Shown here: piece after piece, positions 28,808 to 38,620 of the stretch | Position numbering within the stretch: position 1 is the first letter of the stretch | Layout: every line of letters begins with the position of its first letter | Virus record (IMG/VR): IMGVR_UViG_3300010429_002123 | Strand: one strand, 5' to 3' | DNA length: 64,000 nt | Source: a virus | Lineage: Duplodnaviria > Caudoviricetes | The notes under the pieces: generated by a model | What the model was told of the DNA's origin: nothing | Databases searched by the model: none | The model's input: the letters and a program-made list of their open reading frames with translations, nothing else | Position numbers and translations under genes: made by a program

Positions 28808-29698
28808 ATGAAAACATACAAAAAGACCGAAAAAACAGAAAACAAGGAGACCGTTGCTGACAAAATCACAGCTAATATAATAGCTGAACTGGAAAAAGGA
28901 AACTTAGCTTGGAGCAGAAACTGGACTGGAACCGCCCCGACAAATGCCATGTCAAAAAAAGAATACCGTGGTATAAACAGACTGAACCTGATGCTGGTAG
29001 GTATGGACAAAGGTTTCCAGAGTCCATACTGGATGACTTACAACCAGGCAAAAGACCTGGGCGGTAATGTCATAGCAGGCTCTAAAGGCTCACAAGTAAT
29101 ATACTGGAAAGTCCTCAAATATGACAAAATAGACGAAGAGACTCAGGAAGTCTCCTCAAAGTCAATACCTTATATGAGATATTCCACAGTATTCAACCTT
29201 GACCAGATTGAAAACATCGACAAAACAAAGTTCGAGACCAAGAAAACACAAGTAAACCCTGTGGAAGAGGCCGAAAAAATCATAAGAAATTATCAGAATG
29301 GTCCAGCTATCGAGTTCGGGTGTTTCAATCCGTGCTACAGACCCGCAACAGACGAAGTCAAAATGCCCGCTATAAATGCGTTCAACAGTGAAGAAGGTTA
29401 CTACTCAACAATGTTTCACGAGCTCGGTCACTCGACAGGACATGCAACAAGACTGAATAGAGAAGAAGTCGTAGGAGTAAACTTCTTCGGTAGCCACAAC
29501 TACGCGACAGAAGAGTTAGTAGCCGAGTTTACAAGTGCTTTCTGCTGTGCAAGCTGTGGTATGTCTAATGAAAAAGTCATTGAAAATCAGGCCGCATATG
29601 TACAAAACTGGTTAAAAGTCTTAAAAAATGACAGAAAAATGGTCATAAATGCGGCAGCCCGTGCAGAAAAATCTTACGCCAGAATACTCGGAAGGTAA
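28808..29698 (+). CDS. ardC: ArdC-family antirestriction ssDNA-binding protein with zincin-like domain
   Basis: YRGIN, WMTYNQA...GG.V..G.KG, VFNLDQ, YYSTMFHELGHSTGH..RL.R, YA.EELVAE, AAY..NWL. Confidence 0.9.
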   Translation: MKTYKKTEKTENKETVADKITANIIAELEKGNLAWSRNWTGTAPTNAMSKKEYRGINRLNLMLVGMDKGFQSPYWMTYNQAKDLGGNVIAGSKGSQVIYWKVLKYDKIDEETQEVSSKSIPYMRYSTVFNLDQIENIDKTKFETKKTQVNPVEEAEKIIRNYQNGPAIEFGCFNPCYRPATDEVKMPAINAFNSEEGYYSTMFHELGHSTGHATRLNREEVVGVNFFGSHNYATEELVAEFTSAFCCASCGMSNEKVIENQAAYVQNWLKVLKNDRKMVINAAARAEKSYARILGR

Positions 29699-29710
29699 AA
29701 AAAAAAGAAA

Positions 29711-29732
29711 AGGGAGGAGTTCTCTCCTCCCT
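29711..29732 (+). terminator. Stem-loop after ardC
   Basis: AGGGAGGAG-TTCT-CTCCTCCCT. Confidence 0.5.
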
Positions 29733-29750
29733 GAATAGGAGGGAACCCAG

Positions 29751-30008
29751 ATGTTAATTGACTGCTCACAGTGCCTACAATGTCAGGAGACGTTTCTCCC
29801 AAAAGCGTATAGGTTTAAAGGCCACACCTTTTCAAACGACAGGCAATTCTGTTCGGGAACCTGTCGAGGAAAATGGACATTTCAAAACAAGTTCCCTATG
29901 TGGGACTTATCAACTCTTGCCCGTAGCAGGATTATGAAAAAACGTATCTTGTTTAAAATATACCCGGCAGTTATGCTGGTGATGAGACTTGTCTGGAAAA
30001 GTATGTAA
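29751..30008 (+). CDS. Cys-containing hypothetical protein
   Basis: C..C...FCS..C pattern; GGAGG RBS. Confidence 0.45.
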   Translation: MLIDCSQCLQCQETFLPKAYRFKGHTFSNDRQFCSGTCRGKWTFQNKFPMWDLSTLARSRIMKKRILFKIYPAVMLVMRLVWKSM

Positions 30009-30175
30009 GGTTCAACCAGACACTCTTGAGAGAAGCGTAAAATGCTTCAGGATTAAAAAGTTTCTAAAAAACGGAGAAAGATACTATTTTGAGTTTGGGG
30101 CGGTTAAAACGCAAAATAGAGGCCATAATAACTGGGCGAAAAAGTGAAAGAACAAAAAGAAAGGACGGAGACAAA

Positions 30176-30460
30176 ATGGAAGTAAAAGAAAGAGTAATTG
30201 AGCTTCTTAAAAAAACGGGTGACTACATGACAAACAGTACAATAGCCTTGAGACTTGGAAAAAAGGTCTCTCAAATTGAGACTATAACAACGCAATTATA
30301 CAAAGAAAAACAGGTTATGAAAATGGGCGTCAACAAGAATAAAAACGCTTACAGGTTCTGTGATTTTAGTGAGGTAGATTTCCCCCCGGAGGTATTAGAT
30401 AGCCTTTTTGTAAAAAAAGTATTGACAAGTATCCCTGACTATGCTACAATAAAAAAGTAA
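30176..30460 (+). CDS. Putative winged-helix DNA-binding protein
   Basis: VIELLK...MTNSTIALRLG...I...T.QL.KE HTH-like pattern. Confidence 0.45.
   Translation: MEVKERVIELLKKTGDYMTNSTIALRLGKKVSQIETITTQLYKEKQVMKMGVNKNKNAYRFCDFSEVDFPPEVLDSLFVKKVLTSIPDYATIKK
30405..30450 (+). promoter_or_regulatory. Conserved early promoter
   Basis: TTTTTGTAAAAAAAGTA-TTGACA-17-TACAAT with TG. Confidence 0.8.
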
Positions 30461-30488
30461 AAAGAAATCAAAAGAGGAGGAAATAAAA

Positions 30489-30899
30489 ATGGAAAAAGTG
30501 ATGGAGTTCTTAAAAGCCTGGGAAGAAAAAGAGTATGCCTGGTATGAAAGGATGGCTGCCAGGTACAAAGAGGAAAAGGGCTGGAAAGTCGGTTGGAGAG
30601 AAGATAACGGCGTCAGCAAGGCTGACTGGGAAGAACTTCGGAGCTTTTCCACTCACCCTCAGATGGTCGAAAGACTCAAAAACAAAATCCACAAAGTAGC
30701 TGTGGAAAGAGCAAAAAAATTCACCTGCCAGATTGAAAAAAAGGTTGGGAGAGTCACTGACTGCTCCGACCTTAAGTTCAATCCCGTGGGTAGCTTAGAC
30801 GGCTGGGTAAAAGGAGAAAAAGGTTCGGCGTGGGTACAAACTGTGTACGCCGGAGGATACAATATCCAGAGACTGCACTTCAGAACTATAGTAAAATAA
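30489..30899 (+). CDS. Conserved hypothetical phage protein
   Basis: C-terminal TVYAGGYNIQRLHFR motif recognisable from phage hypothetical proteins; GAGGAGG RBS. Confidence 0.6.
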   Translation: MEKVMEFLKAWEEKEYAWYERMAARYKEEKGWKVGWREDNGVSKADWEELRSFSTHPQMVERLKNKIHKVAVERAKKFTCQIEKKVGRVTDCSDLKFNPVGSLDGWVKGEKGSAWVQTVYAGGYNIQRLHFRTIVK

Positions 30900-30916
30900 C
30901 AGGAGGTAACACTGCT

Positions 30917-31126
30917 ATGTCAGCAAGAAAAATAATAGAAGCTCTGGAAAAAGAGCTGGAAACAATAGAAAAAACCACACCGTTCCCCGTAAGCTCTGAG
31001 GACAGCTCGTTTATCAAAGGTATAGAGTTTGCCATAGACCACATAAAAGAAACGTATGGAATAGACGAGTTTGCCGGGTGGGTTGAAAAAGAAAAAGCCT
31101 TCTGGGCAGAAAAGGAAGCAAGATAG
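30917..31126 (+). CDS. Hypothetical protein
   Basis: AGGAGG RBS before ATG 30917. Confidence 0.5.
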   Translation: MSARKIIEALEKELETIEKTTPFPVSSEDSSFIKGIEFAIDHIKETYGIDEFAGWVEKEKAFWAEKEAR

Positions 31127-31127
31127 T

Positions 31128-31628
31128 ATGTTGGGACTTTTTCAAAAAATAGAATTCATGGGCAAGATAGAGAAAAAGAAAAAAGAACTCGGAGGAACAG
31201 CAAAGGACAAAAGAGAAACAAGCTGTATAAAGTGTTCCTTATGCTGTTGGCACAGACCCTGTGAGTTTGACAAAGAAGACGTTAGAAAAATAGCCGAATC
31301 TCTTGGGCTCACAGAAAAAAGGTTCTTTAAAAAATATCTTTGTGTTGACCAATACCAAGAAGGACAGGATTTTGTTCTTCTACCCATAAGAAAAAGCCAA
31401 AAAGACCTGGCCGGAAAGTTTGTACCCATACGAAGGACATATGATGTTGACACCCCCTGCATATTTCTAAGCAGGAAAAAATGCAAGGTATTTGAATTCC
31501 AACCCTATGGAGCAAGACTTTGTGCCTGCTGGAAACAGACAGAAGAGGGAGAAAACAAGCCCTTCTTCTGGACAAAAGAGGAGCTCTTTGACCTGGGCTG
31601 GAGCGGTATTGTGTGGGAGGCTTATTAA
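31128..31628 (+). CDS. YkgJ-like CxxCxxCC cysteine-cluster protein
   Basis: CIKCSLCC ... PCIFL...CKVFE.QP. Confidence 0.7.
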   Translation: MLGLFQKIEFMGKIEKKKKELGGTAKDKRETSCIKCSLCCWHRPCEFDKEDVRKIAESLGLTEKRFFKKYLCVDQYQEGQDFVLLPIRKSQKDLAGKFVPIRRTYDVDTPCIFLSRKKCKVFEFQPYGARLCACWKQTEEGENKPFFWTKEELFDLGWSGIVWEAY

Positions 31629-31643
31629 AAAGGAGGAGAGACC

Positions 31644-32135
31644 ATGAGAAAACAAGATACATCAGAGGAACCGAAATGTGAAAAAATAGAATGCGAAATA
31701 CGTAATGGTTATCTGTTCGAAGCAAAAAACAAAGACACATATAGAGGGTGCTACTACGGAGAGGACGACTGGAGTATGGAGGTTTACGCCGACAGCCTCG
31801 AAAGTCTGATTGAAAACACCGCAAAAGAAGTCATAAGTACAGGTATAGAAGTAGTGTATGTAAGTGTGTCGAAAGTAAAGAGGCTCTCCTGTAACTACGA
31901 AGGAAAGACATTTCATTTTACTCTGGCAAAAACCGAACTCGAAGGACTGGACTTTTACCAAAAGGTAAAGAGTTCGGAGACATACAAAAGACTCTGTTTA
32001 GAAAAAGAGGCGAGAGAAGAAAAACTTAGGGAACTGCAGGAGGAAAGAGCCAAAAGAAACACCATACGAAGAGAAAAAAAGTTATTGACCTACCTTGCCA
32101 ATAAATACGGAATGGAAGAAAAAGACTTAATGTAA
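31644..32135 (+). CDS. Hypothetical protein
   Basis: AGGAGG RBS. Confidence 0.5.
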   Translation: MRKQDTSEEPKCEKIECEIRNGYLFEAKNKDTYRGCYYGEDDWSMEVYADSLESLIENTAKEVISTGIEVVYVSVSKVKRLSCNYEGKTFHFTLAKTELEGLDFYQKVKSSETYKRLCLEKEAREEKLRELQEERAKRNTIRREKKLLTYLANKYGMEEKDLM

Positions 32136-32140
32136 GAGGG

Positions 32141-33055
32141 GTGAGAAGAATGTTAGAGTTTTTAGTTGTGGATAACAAAGGGAAGTTTTATATTACAATA
32201 CTGGACAAAGACAATTATGAGGAACGTATGAGCAATCTGCTCATCAACGGGCACCCCCCGGAGAAGACTTATAAAGAAGACTGGTATAAAATTAATAATT
32301 TCCCGGAGTATGTGATGAAAAGAACCCCTGATAAGACAGTGCAGACTTTCTGGGAGTTAAAACCTGCCTACGCTACAAATACCTCTTTTCCTCAGACTGT
32401 CTACTCTGAGGAGGACTTTGCCGAAGAACTTCTTGATGCGTGTTATGACATTAAACGGGTAGTTATTCCCGGCGAATACGTGGGGGTAGAGTTTACTGTA
32501 AAAGAAACAATATTTGTAGACGGGGAGTTTAATGTGCAAAAAGCAAGAGGCAACTATCAGCACCACCTGATTGACCAGATACAGACCCACTCAGATTTGC
32601 TCTATTTAAAAAAGTGCTTTATATCCCAGGAGGAGAGCTTTAAACGCATAACAAAATACTTCAAAGAGAACTTAGACTTTAAACAATGTGATGCTCTCTT
32701 TTACGAAGCCTCCCTGTCAATTGTGGTTAGAAAAAAGCTATACTATTACTTGCCCGTTGAGTTCCGAGTCACGAGAAAAAAGGGAAGGAAATACAAGACA
32801 GAATTGCAAATAAAAGACCACGAAGTTCGTGAGGTCTTTAGACTGGAAAAGGGAAACCTTTTCTCTTTCACGGGAGAAAACGAAGAGGACTTAGAAAAAA
32901 ATATCAAGAATTATTGCAAAGAGATTGTGGACTTCTTAAATACCCCGGCGGAAGTCTGCACAAGTTGTGACGGTGTGGGTTACAGACTAAAAAAGATAAC
33001 CCCCGAAGGCAAGCAGGAAGACATAGTAAGAAATCATGACGTGTTTTATCATTAG
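32141..33055 (+). CDS. Hypothetical protein with C-terminal CxxCxGxG motif
   Basis: 304-aa ORF; CTSCDGVG. Confidence 0.55.
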   Translation: MRRMLEFLVVDNKGKFYITILDKDNYEERMSNLLINGHPPEKTYKEDWYKINNFPEYVMKRTPDKTVQTFWELKPAYATNTSFPQTVYSEEDFAEELLDACYDIKRVVIPGEYVGVEFTVKETIFVDGEFNVQKARGNYQHHLIDQIQTHSDLLYLKKCFISQEESFKRITKYFKENLDFKQCDALFYEASLSIVVRKKLYYYLPVEFRVTRKKGRKYKTELQIKDHEVREVFRLEKGNLFSFTGENEEDLEKNIKNYCKEIVDFLNTPAEVCTSCDGVGYRLKKITPEGKQEDIVRNHDVFYH

Positions 33056-33078
33056 ACCATAAGAAAAGGAGCTTGGCT

Positions 33079-33846
33079 ATGAAAAAAGATGCTATAGGAA
33101 CCCGAATGAAAGAAAACTATGAAGAAAGGTATAGGTTCAAATTACTCAGAAGAACCCCTGTCATTCTTCGACTTGACGGGAATGCCTTCCATACCCTCTT
33201 GAGAAAAAGTGTGAAACCCTTTGACGAGGGCTTTTCTCTGGTGATGGAAAAAACAGCTCACACTTTATGCCAGAAAATTCAAGGAGTAAAATGCTGTTAC
33301 GTACAGTCAGATGAGATGTCTTTTCTTCTGACTGATTATGACCGGTTAGAGACTTCGGCGTGGTTTGATTATAACGTCCAGAAGATGGTAAGCATTTCAT
33401 CAGGTATGGCCTCGGTTACGTTTTCTGCCCTGTTTGACAGGCCAGCAGTATTTGACGCCAGAGTTTTTAATCTTCCGAAAGAGGAGGTTAATAATTATTT
33501 TGTCTGGAGACAGAAAGATTGGATAAGAAACTCTATCTCTATGCTAGCCCGTGCTCATTACTCTGATAAACAGGTCTTTAAAAAGGGAAAAAAGGAACTT
33601 CTCGACATGCTGGGTGAAAAGAACATTCACTGGGAACTTCTCCTCGACCGGTGGAAGTATGGCGTGTTCGTAGAGAGAAAATCTTCTGTAGACCCCCTTA
33701 CGGGCTCTCCAGGAAGCCACTGGGAAACGCTTACACTTTGCCCTATTTTTACGGACAAGAAGGAGACTTTAGAAAAGTATCTTTCAGAAAAACCAGAGAA
33801 AGGAGAGGGTAGCAACCTACCTGAAAACCCAGATGAACATAACTGA
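33079..33846 (+). CDS. thg1: tRNA(His) guanylyltransferase Thg1-like protein (3'-5' polymerase)
   Basis: RMKENYE, ILRLDGNAFH, YVQSDEMS, AWFD..VQK..S, FDARVF, NYFVWRQ.DW.RNS. Confidence 0.9.
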   Translation: MKKDAIGTRMKENYEERYRFKLLRRTPVILRLDGNAFHTLLRKSVKPFDEGFSLVMEKTAHTLCQKIQGVKCCYVQSDEMSFLLTDYDRLETSAWFDYNVQKMVSISSGMASVTFSALFDRPAVFDARVFNLPKEEVNNYFVWRQKDWIRNSISMLARAHYSDKQVFKKGKKELLDMLGEKNIHWELLLDRWKYGVFVERKSSVDPLTGSPGSHWETLTLCPIFTDKKETLEKYLSEKPEKGEGSNLPENPDEHN

Positions 33847-34423
33847 AATCGTAGCATATCAATGCGGGGTATGTAAAAACGGATTTGTTGTCAGGGCTGT
33901 GGCTGAAGAGTGCTGTAAAGAAAAACCTAAACCTTCCTGTCAACTTTGTGGTACGGAGGACGTGAGGCCACATTACTACATGTGTGACTCCTGTTCGGAA
34001 AAAAGAAGGTATGAAAAGTCAAAGAAAGTGTTTTTAAGGGATTACAAAGAAGAGTGCTTTTATGACGACAGAGCAGACAGATATTTTAAAGACATCGAAG
34101 ATTTTCTGGATTATTATGAATCAGAGGAGACGAAAACTCTTCCCGAATACTGCCTGGGTTGTGACAGAATTGACTTTGTCGTGGACATTGACCACGCATT
34201 AGAATCCGCCGAGGAGGAGATGGGAGAGGACTTTGATGACAGAGCACTTGTAGACAGGGAGGAACTAGAAAAGTTCGTTTCTTCCTGGAATGAGAAACAA
34301 ACAGCCCGTGCCTATTCTGTAAACTATAAAACAACAGTAATCCTTTCCGATGAACCTCTGTGGAAGGATTGGCAGAAGCAGTTGCAAAAAAGAAAGGAAC
34401 AGGGGCATGAGGAGAGACACTGA
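33833..34423 (+). CDS. Zn-finger hypothetical protein
   Basis: Multiple CxxC motifs. Confidence 0.5.
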   Translation: MNITEIVAYQCGVCKNGFVVRAVAEECCKEKPKPSCQLCGTEDVRPHYYMCDSCSEKRRYEKSKKVFLRDYKEECFYDDRADRYFKDIEDFLDYYESEETKTLPEYCLGCDRIDFVVDIDHALESAEEEMGEDFDDRALVDREELEKFVSSWNEKQTARAYSVNYKTTVILSDEPLWKDWQKQLQKRKEQGHEERH

Positions 34424-34811
34424 CGACGATTACTGTTTTGCCTGTGGCAGGTTTCTGGCACAACCCAACCCATTTAAAGGCGATTCCCAGAGGTGCTTTT
34501 CCTGTGGGGCGTTCGGAAAGACCGGAGGGGTATTCGGCTCAGTCTACGACCTTGAGGACACCCTCAGGTACTTAAGTCTGGAGGGAATTGAGAAAGTAAC
34601 TGTGCGTGATTACACCATAGATTACATGGAGTGGCGTAAACTTCTTCAGTATCAAAAGTATAGGCTGAGAAAAGGGGACATCATATGGGGACGCGGTATA
34701 GCAAGACCCTTCTCTCTGGTAATAGAAGAGGATTTGCCGGAACCGAAGGTGCCCTTACTTTACAGTGTGGAAGTAACTGAGTTAGAAAAAGGAACCTCTT
34801 CATCACAGTAA
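34407..34811 (+). CDS. Hypothetical protein with two CxxC
   Basis: CFAC...CFSC; start placed at ATG 34407. Confidence 0.45.
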   Translation: MRRDTDDDYCFACGRFLAQPNPFKGDSQRCFSCGAFGKTGGVFGSVYDLEDTLRYLSLEGIEKVTVRDYTIDYMEWRKLLQYQKYRLRKGDIIWGRGIARPFSLVIEEDLPEPKVPLLYSVEVTELEKGTSSSQ

Positions 34812-34824
34812 AGAAGGCGGTAAA

Positions 34825-34860
34825 AAGACCCGGTCTAAGCCCTGCTCTGACTGGGTCTTT
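34825..34860 (+). terminator. Stem-loop ending the operon
   Basis: AAAGACCCGGTC...GACTGGGTCTTT. Confidence 0.5.
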
Positions 34861-35247
34861 ATTATTAGCAAAAGTAAGTTTAAAAATCCTGTGTTATAGA
34901 GAGTAAAAAGTCCTTCGAAAAGCCTTATACAGCAATCGTATTCACTCTAAATACAAATAAGTTCCAAAATACTGAACCGCAATAGTCCCGTTTTCGGAAA
35001 AAATGTCCTAAACAGTAAAATCGGTATTATTCGTAAAATCGGAAAAGCTCTTCTTGAGTAAGCATAGGCGATACCATACACAGTGTTCGCACTGTGTTTC
35101 CTGTGCCGATGAAAATCGGCGGCGTACCCATCTCGCTCTCGCTCGAACACGTTAGTGTGAGAGGGGGTAGGGGGAGAGCGAGAGAGTTACTCTCATCTTG
35201 TTAAGGGTTTCTGGTTAAATTGCTCTTGTTACATGATTCTAGTTCAT

Positions 35248-35358
35248 CTACTCCACAAGTAGAACCCTTTCTACTCCACAAGTAGAACCCTTTCTACTCC
35301 ACAAGTAGAACCCTTTCTACTCCACAAGTAGAACCCTTTCTACTCCACAAGTAGAACC
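35248..35358. repeat. 23-bp perfect tandem repeat x4.8 (putative replication-origin iterons)
   Basis: CTACTCCACAAGTAGAACCCTTT starting at 35248, 35271, 35294, 35317 and (partial) 35340, in a ~660-bp intergenic region upstream of HTH genes. Confidence 0.85.
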
Positions 35359-35416
35359 TCCTATTTATGCGGATTGCAGAGAAAAATGAAAATATAAAAA
35401 TTTAGTAGTGTGGCTA

Positions 35417-35445
35417 TTGACAAGGGAATGAATTACTGTTATACT
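35417..35445 (+). promoter_or_regulatory. sigma70/A promoter
   Basis: TTGACA-17-TATACT with TG. Confidence 0.75.
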
Positions 35446-35575
35446 TTTTGCACAAGGAGTCTTTTTTGGGGTAATGAAAAAGGCATCTCTTTGGCGAGAA
35501 TGCCCTCTTTGTAATAGTTTAAGAGTAATTATAGCAGGTTATATCTCGTATGTAAATAAAGAAAGGAAAAGCAAC

Positions 35576-35935
35576 ATGGTAAATAGCCCTATTTTTCACG
35601 GGATTCTACTCTCCCCTTCGTTTCTTTCTTCTCAAAATCTTTTGAGGGGAGCAGAACTAAAAGTTCTTCTAAGCATTCTTGAAACCTATGAATTTGCAGA
35701 AAAACTTTCCAGGATTGATTGCCGAGAGATAGGCCAACGAACAGGCTTCACCTTAAGGACGGTGATGAAAACCTTAAACTCTTTGGAGAACAAGGAGATT
35801 TTAACAATCCAGAGGGAGAAGGGAAAAGTAAACACTTATTCCTTTTCTCCTGGTTTTATATCACCCTTTGACGGGGAAGGAGGAGAGAACATTGGAAAAG
35901 TGGAAAAAATTTCTTGTTCCCTCGTCTCTTCTTGA
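35576..35935 (+). CDS. Winged-helix HTH protein
   Basis: LRGAELKVLL...REIGQRTGFTLRTVMKTLNSLE.K..L.I.R..G..NTY. Confidence 0.7.
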   Translation: MVNSPIFHGILLSPSFLSSQNLLRGAELKVLLSILETYEFAEKLSRIDCREIGQRTGFTLRTVMKTLNSLENKEILTIQREKGKVNTYSFSPGFISPFDGEGGENIGKVEKISCSLVSS

Positions 35936-36572
35936 GCGGGGTGAAAACCTCTCGGACGCTGAAGTTAGAGTGTTACTATCTCTTTTCTTTCATAGGAACT
36001 TGCAGAGTAACTGTTCTTACCCCGGTTATAAGCTAATACAGGAAGAAACAGGTAAAAGTCACTCCATGATACGGAAAGTAATCAGTTCACTTGAGCGAAA
36101 GGGAAAAATAAAAACGGAGAAAAAGAGAAGTAAAAACGGGTGGCACAATGTCTATGAGTTTGTGTGTGAGCAATGGGTTCAGGACTTAGAAGAAGCAGAA
36201 TACGAGGGGAAGAATGCGGTGGAGGACGAGAAGTCCGAAAAGCCCAAAGTGAGAACAAAAAACCGGGAGATACCTGAAGGCGAAAAGAGACCGGGCAAAG
36301 ACTATCCCCCCTTTGAGCCGTGGGAAGTAATTGAGTTTAAAAAGACTTTAAGGGCTACTCTAGAGAGAGCAGGAAATCATCGGAATATTGAGGATTGTTT
36401 CTCTCTTCTCTACCCGGACTTTCTGAAAGTGTTGGAGGGACTAAGAAAAGTAGGCAAACCAGTCGGAAATAGATATAGATATTTCCTGACGTTTCTAGAG
36501 AAAGACGACGTTATTACTCGTATTGAGGGACTGAAGGAAAAAAGGACAATAACGAATCTCGATGAGTTTTAA
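35868..36572 (+). CDS. HTH protein, phage replication-initiator-like N-terminus
   Basis: LSDAEVRVLLSL...SYPGYK.I.EETGKS...IRK.I.SLE.KG.I...NVY. Confidence 0.65.
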   Translation: MTGKEERTLEKWKKFLVPSSLLERGENLSDAEVRVLLSLFFHRNLQSNCSYPGYKLIQEETGKSHSMIRKVISSLERKGKIKTEKKRSKNGWHNVYEFVCEQWVQDLEEAEYEGKNAVEDEKSEKPKVRTKNREIPEGEKRPGKDYPPFEPWEVIEFKKTLRATLERAGNHRNIEDCFSLLYPDFLKVLEGLRKVGKPVGNRYRYFLTFLEKDDVITRIEGLKEKRTITNLDEF

Positions 36573-36797
36573 AAACCCTGGGAGACACATGGGGCTTCAT
36601 ATACTCTCCCATAAAAAATGTGGGAGTGAAAGAAACAAGGCTTGAAAACGAGAAGAGACACCTGGGCAGGAGTCTCAAAAAAAATCTATGCTCTTATTAT
36701 AGCAGAGAAACTCCTGACTGTAAAGATATATTTTAAAGTTGGGAGGAGTGCTTTAATGAACAAGTAAAAAACCCTGATGTATTTTAGTTCTCTATCT

Positions 36798-36850
36798 GTT
36801 AACTCTTTTGTAAAAAAAGTATTGACAAGTTATTTTCTCTGTGCTATACT
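36798..36850 (+). promoter_or_regulatory. Conserved early promoter
   Basis: GTTAACTCTTTTGTAAAAAAAGTA-TTGACA-17-TATACT. Confidence 0.8.
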
Positions 36851-36887
36851 CTATTAAGAAAGAACGAAAAAGAACGGAGGAAAAAAT

Positions 36888-37406
36888 ATGTATCAGATAA
36901 GCAGAGAGGACTTAGTCGAAAAACTTATGACAGGAGAGGTCACTGAGTTTTTCTTAGCACCAAGACTATCAGGTCTTTGCGACCCCAACACAGAGAAAGT
37001 CGCCCAGGATATAATTGGTCAGTGGAAAAAGTCCTGTGGGTTAGCAGAGGGACTCAAAAGTTTCATAAAAAACTATGAGTATCGCCACTGCAATACTTAC
37101 AGTGGAATGACAGCCTGTTTGTACGTAGACGAGCAGGGAGAGAAAGAAGTAACCCCGAAAGTCTACATACAGCCCGAAAAGACTGAAGAGCCTCCCACGG
37201 CTATGCAAAAAGCCGAAAAACACTATATCTTTATAGGAAAGGTTCAGGACAAGATATGGAAGTTGAAGAGTCTGAAAAACTCTAATATTATGTCTTTCGA
37301 CGAAACATATGCTCTGGAACTTCTGACAGAAGATTTCCTCCCACTGTTTTACGAGGATGAGAGCAGAGCTATAAAAGCTGTGTTAGACAGGTTCGTCATC
37401 AGATAG
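36888..37406 (+). CDS. Hypothetical early protein
   Basis: GGAGG RBS; N-terminal half weakly resembles 38358 (F..NY.Y..CN...G). Confidence 0.55.
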   Translation: MYQISREDLVEKLMTGEVTEFFLAPRLSGLCDPNTEKVAQDIIGQWKKSCGLAEGLKSFIKNYEYRHCNTYSGMTACLYVDEQGEKEVTPKVYIQPEKTEEPPTAMQKAEKHYIFIGKVQDKIWKLKSLKNSNIMSFDETYALELLTEDFLPLFYEDESRAIKAVLDRFVIR

Positions 37407-37454
37407 CTCTTTTTTACAAAAAGAATTGACAAGTTACGTTGTCCGTGCTATAAT
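37403..37454 (+). promoter_or_regulatory. Conserved early promoter
   Basis: TTTTTTACAAAAAGAA-TTGACA-17-TATAAT. Confidence 0.8.
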
Positions 37455-37518
37455 ACAAAATGTGAAAGAACTCAATTGTCCAGACACTGTCTGGATAATT
37501 TAAAAAGGAGAAAAGATT

Positions 37519-38364
37519 ATGATTAAGTTACTGTATAGTACCGAAAAAACTAACTCTTTCAGGCCAACCCCCTGGAAGATTACCCTCAGCCCGTTCAAGG
37601 CTTACAGAGGAGACAGTCATACCTATTCTGCTTTCCTGGCCGTAGGTTCTGCTTATGAGTTTAATCCGGTGGAAACTTCGGGAGAAGGCTTTCTCTTCGA
37701 CAGAAGCGACTATTCTTTCCAGAATACTATTCTTGACACTCAGTTCTCGAAGATAATAGAGACAAAAGCTAAAAAGACTCTTCTGGTTGTTCCCTGCTCG
37801 GAAAACGAAAATGAAAGAATTGTGCTCCTTACACTGAGAGGAGACTTCCGTGGCTCTTATAACCACTCTCCCTTTGATGAGACTAAAAATAAACATGGCT
37901 ACTATCTTTACGGCTGTGAAATTCTTTACTCCATGTCTGGAAGTAAGCATTGTTGTCCTACGGCTCACATGGTTTTGAGGTTCACTCTCCCAAACGGTTT
38001 TTTTGCAATTCATAACAGAGGAAGAAGGCTCGATGTTTATGAAAAAGTTTCCTGGGAAAAAGGTATTGAACTTATCGAGACCGAAGAGTTCAAGTTCTGG
38101 TATCACGAAGTGTTCTCTAAAGAGACGAATGAGCTCTCATTAGACAAAGTCCCTGCCATAACGGAGGTTAGTTCTGACTTTTCCCAGATGTGGGAAGAAA
38201 ACTCTCGATTGGTTGGCCGTCTTGAGAAGGCCATGAAGCAACTGAGCCCGGAAGACGAGAAAGAGACAGAAAGTTTACTTGTCAAATTAAAAAGCTCTTT
38301 GAGTTCCCTGAAGAAACTTATGGAAGAACAGAATGAGGAAAGGATTAAGGTGAATATATGTTAA
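37519..38364 (+). CDS. Hypothetical protein
   Basis: AGGAG RBS, 281 aa. Confidence 0.55.
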   Translation: MIKLLYSTEKTNSFRPTPWKITLSPFKAYRGDSHTYSAFLAVGSAYEFNPVETSGEGFLFDRSDYSFQNTILDTQFSKIIETKAKKTLLVVPCSENENERIVLLTLRGDFRGSYNHSPFDETKNKHGYYLYGCEILYSMSGSKHCCPTAHMVLRFTLPNGFFAIHNRGRRLDVYEKVSWEKGIELIETEEFKFWYHEVFSKETNELSLDKVPAITEVSSDFSQMWEENSRLVGRLEKAMKQLSPEDEKETESLLVKLKSSLSSLKKLMEEQNEERIKVNIC

Positions 38365-38618
38365 TAAAATTACGAGAAAACTCTTTGTTAAAAAAGCTGA
38401 AAAAGGGAGAAGTAAACTCTTTTATAGTGTGCCCCGGTAAGTGTAGCCCACGCTCGGAGTTTTCGGCTACCCAGACTTCCGAGGAGTTACAAAAAGACGG
38501 ACGTCTTGAAGACAACTTTAAAAATCTTGTGAATTCTTTTTTCTATTATTCCTGCAATGACGAGCTTGGAAATAACTTGCATTTTTTTGTGGAAAAGCCT
38601 GACGAAAAAGGGGGATAA
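38358..38618 (+). CDS. Hypothetical protein
   Basis: Translationally coupled ORF. Confidence 0.5.
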   Translation: MLIKLRENSLLKKLKKGEVNSFIVCPGKCSPRSEFSATQTSEELQKDGRLEDNFKNLVNSFFYYSCNDELGNNLHFFVEKPDEKGG

Positions 38619-38620
38619 AA

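Noticed and set aside
34947-35150. Minus-strand 67-aa ORF in the putative origin region
   Set aside because: No RBS, atypical composition, and it overlaps inverted repeats.
35248-35358. 23-mer resembles the Cas12a crRNA handle (TTTCTACT...GTAGA), suggesting a CRISPR array or RNA anti-CRISPR
   Set aside because: There are no spacers, the AATT 5' and terminal T are missing, the loop is longer, and the position next to initiator-like HTH genes fits iterons better. Not formally excluded.
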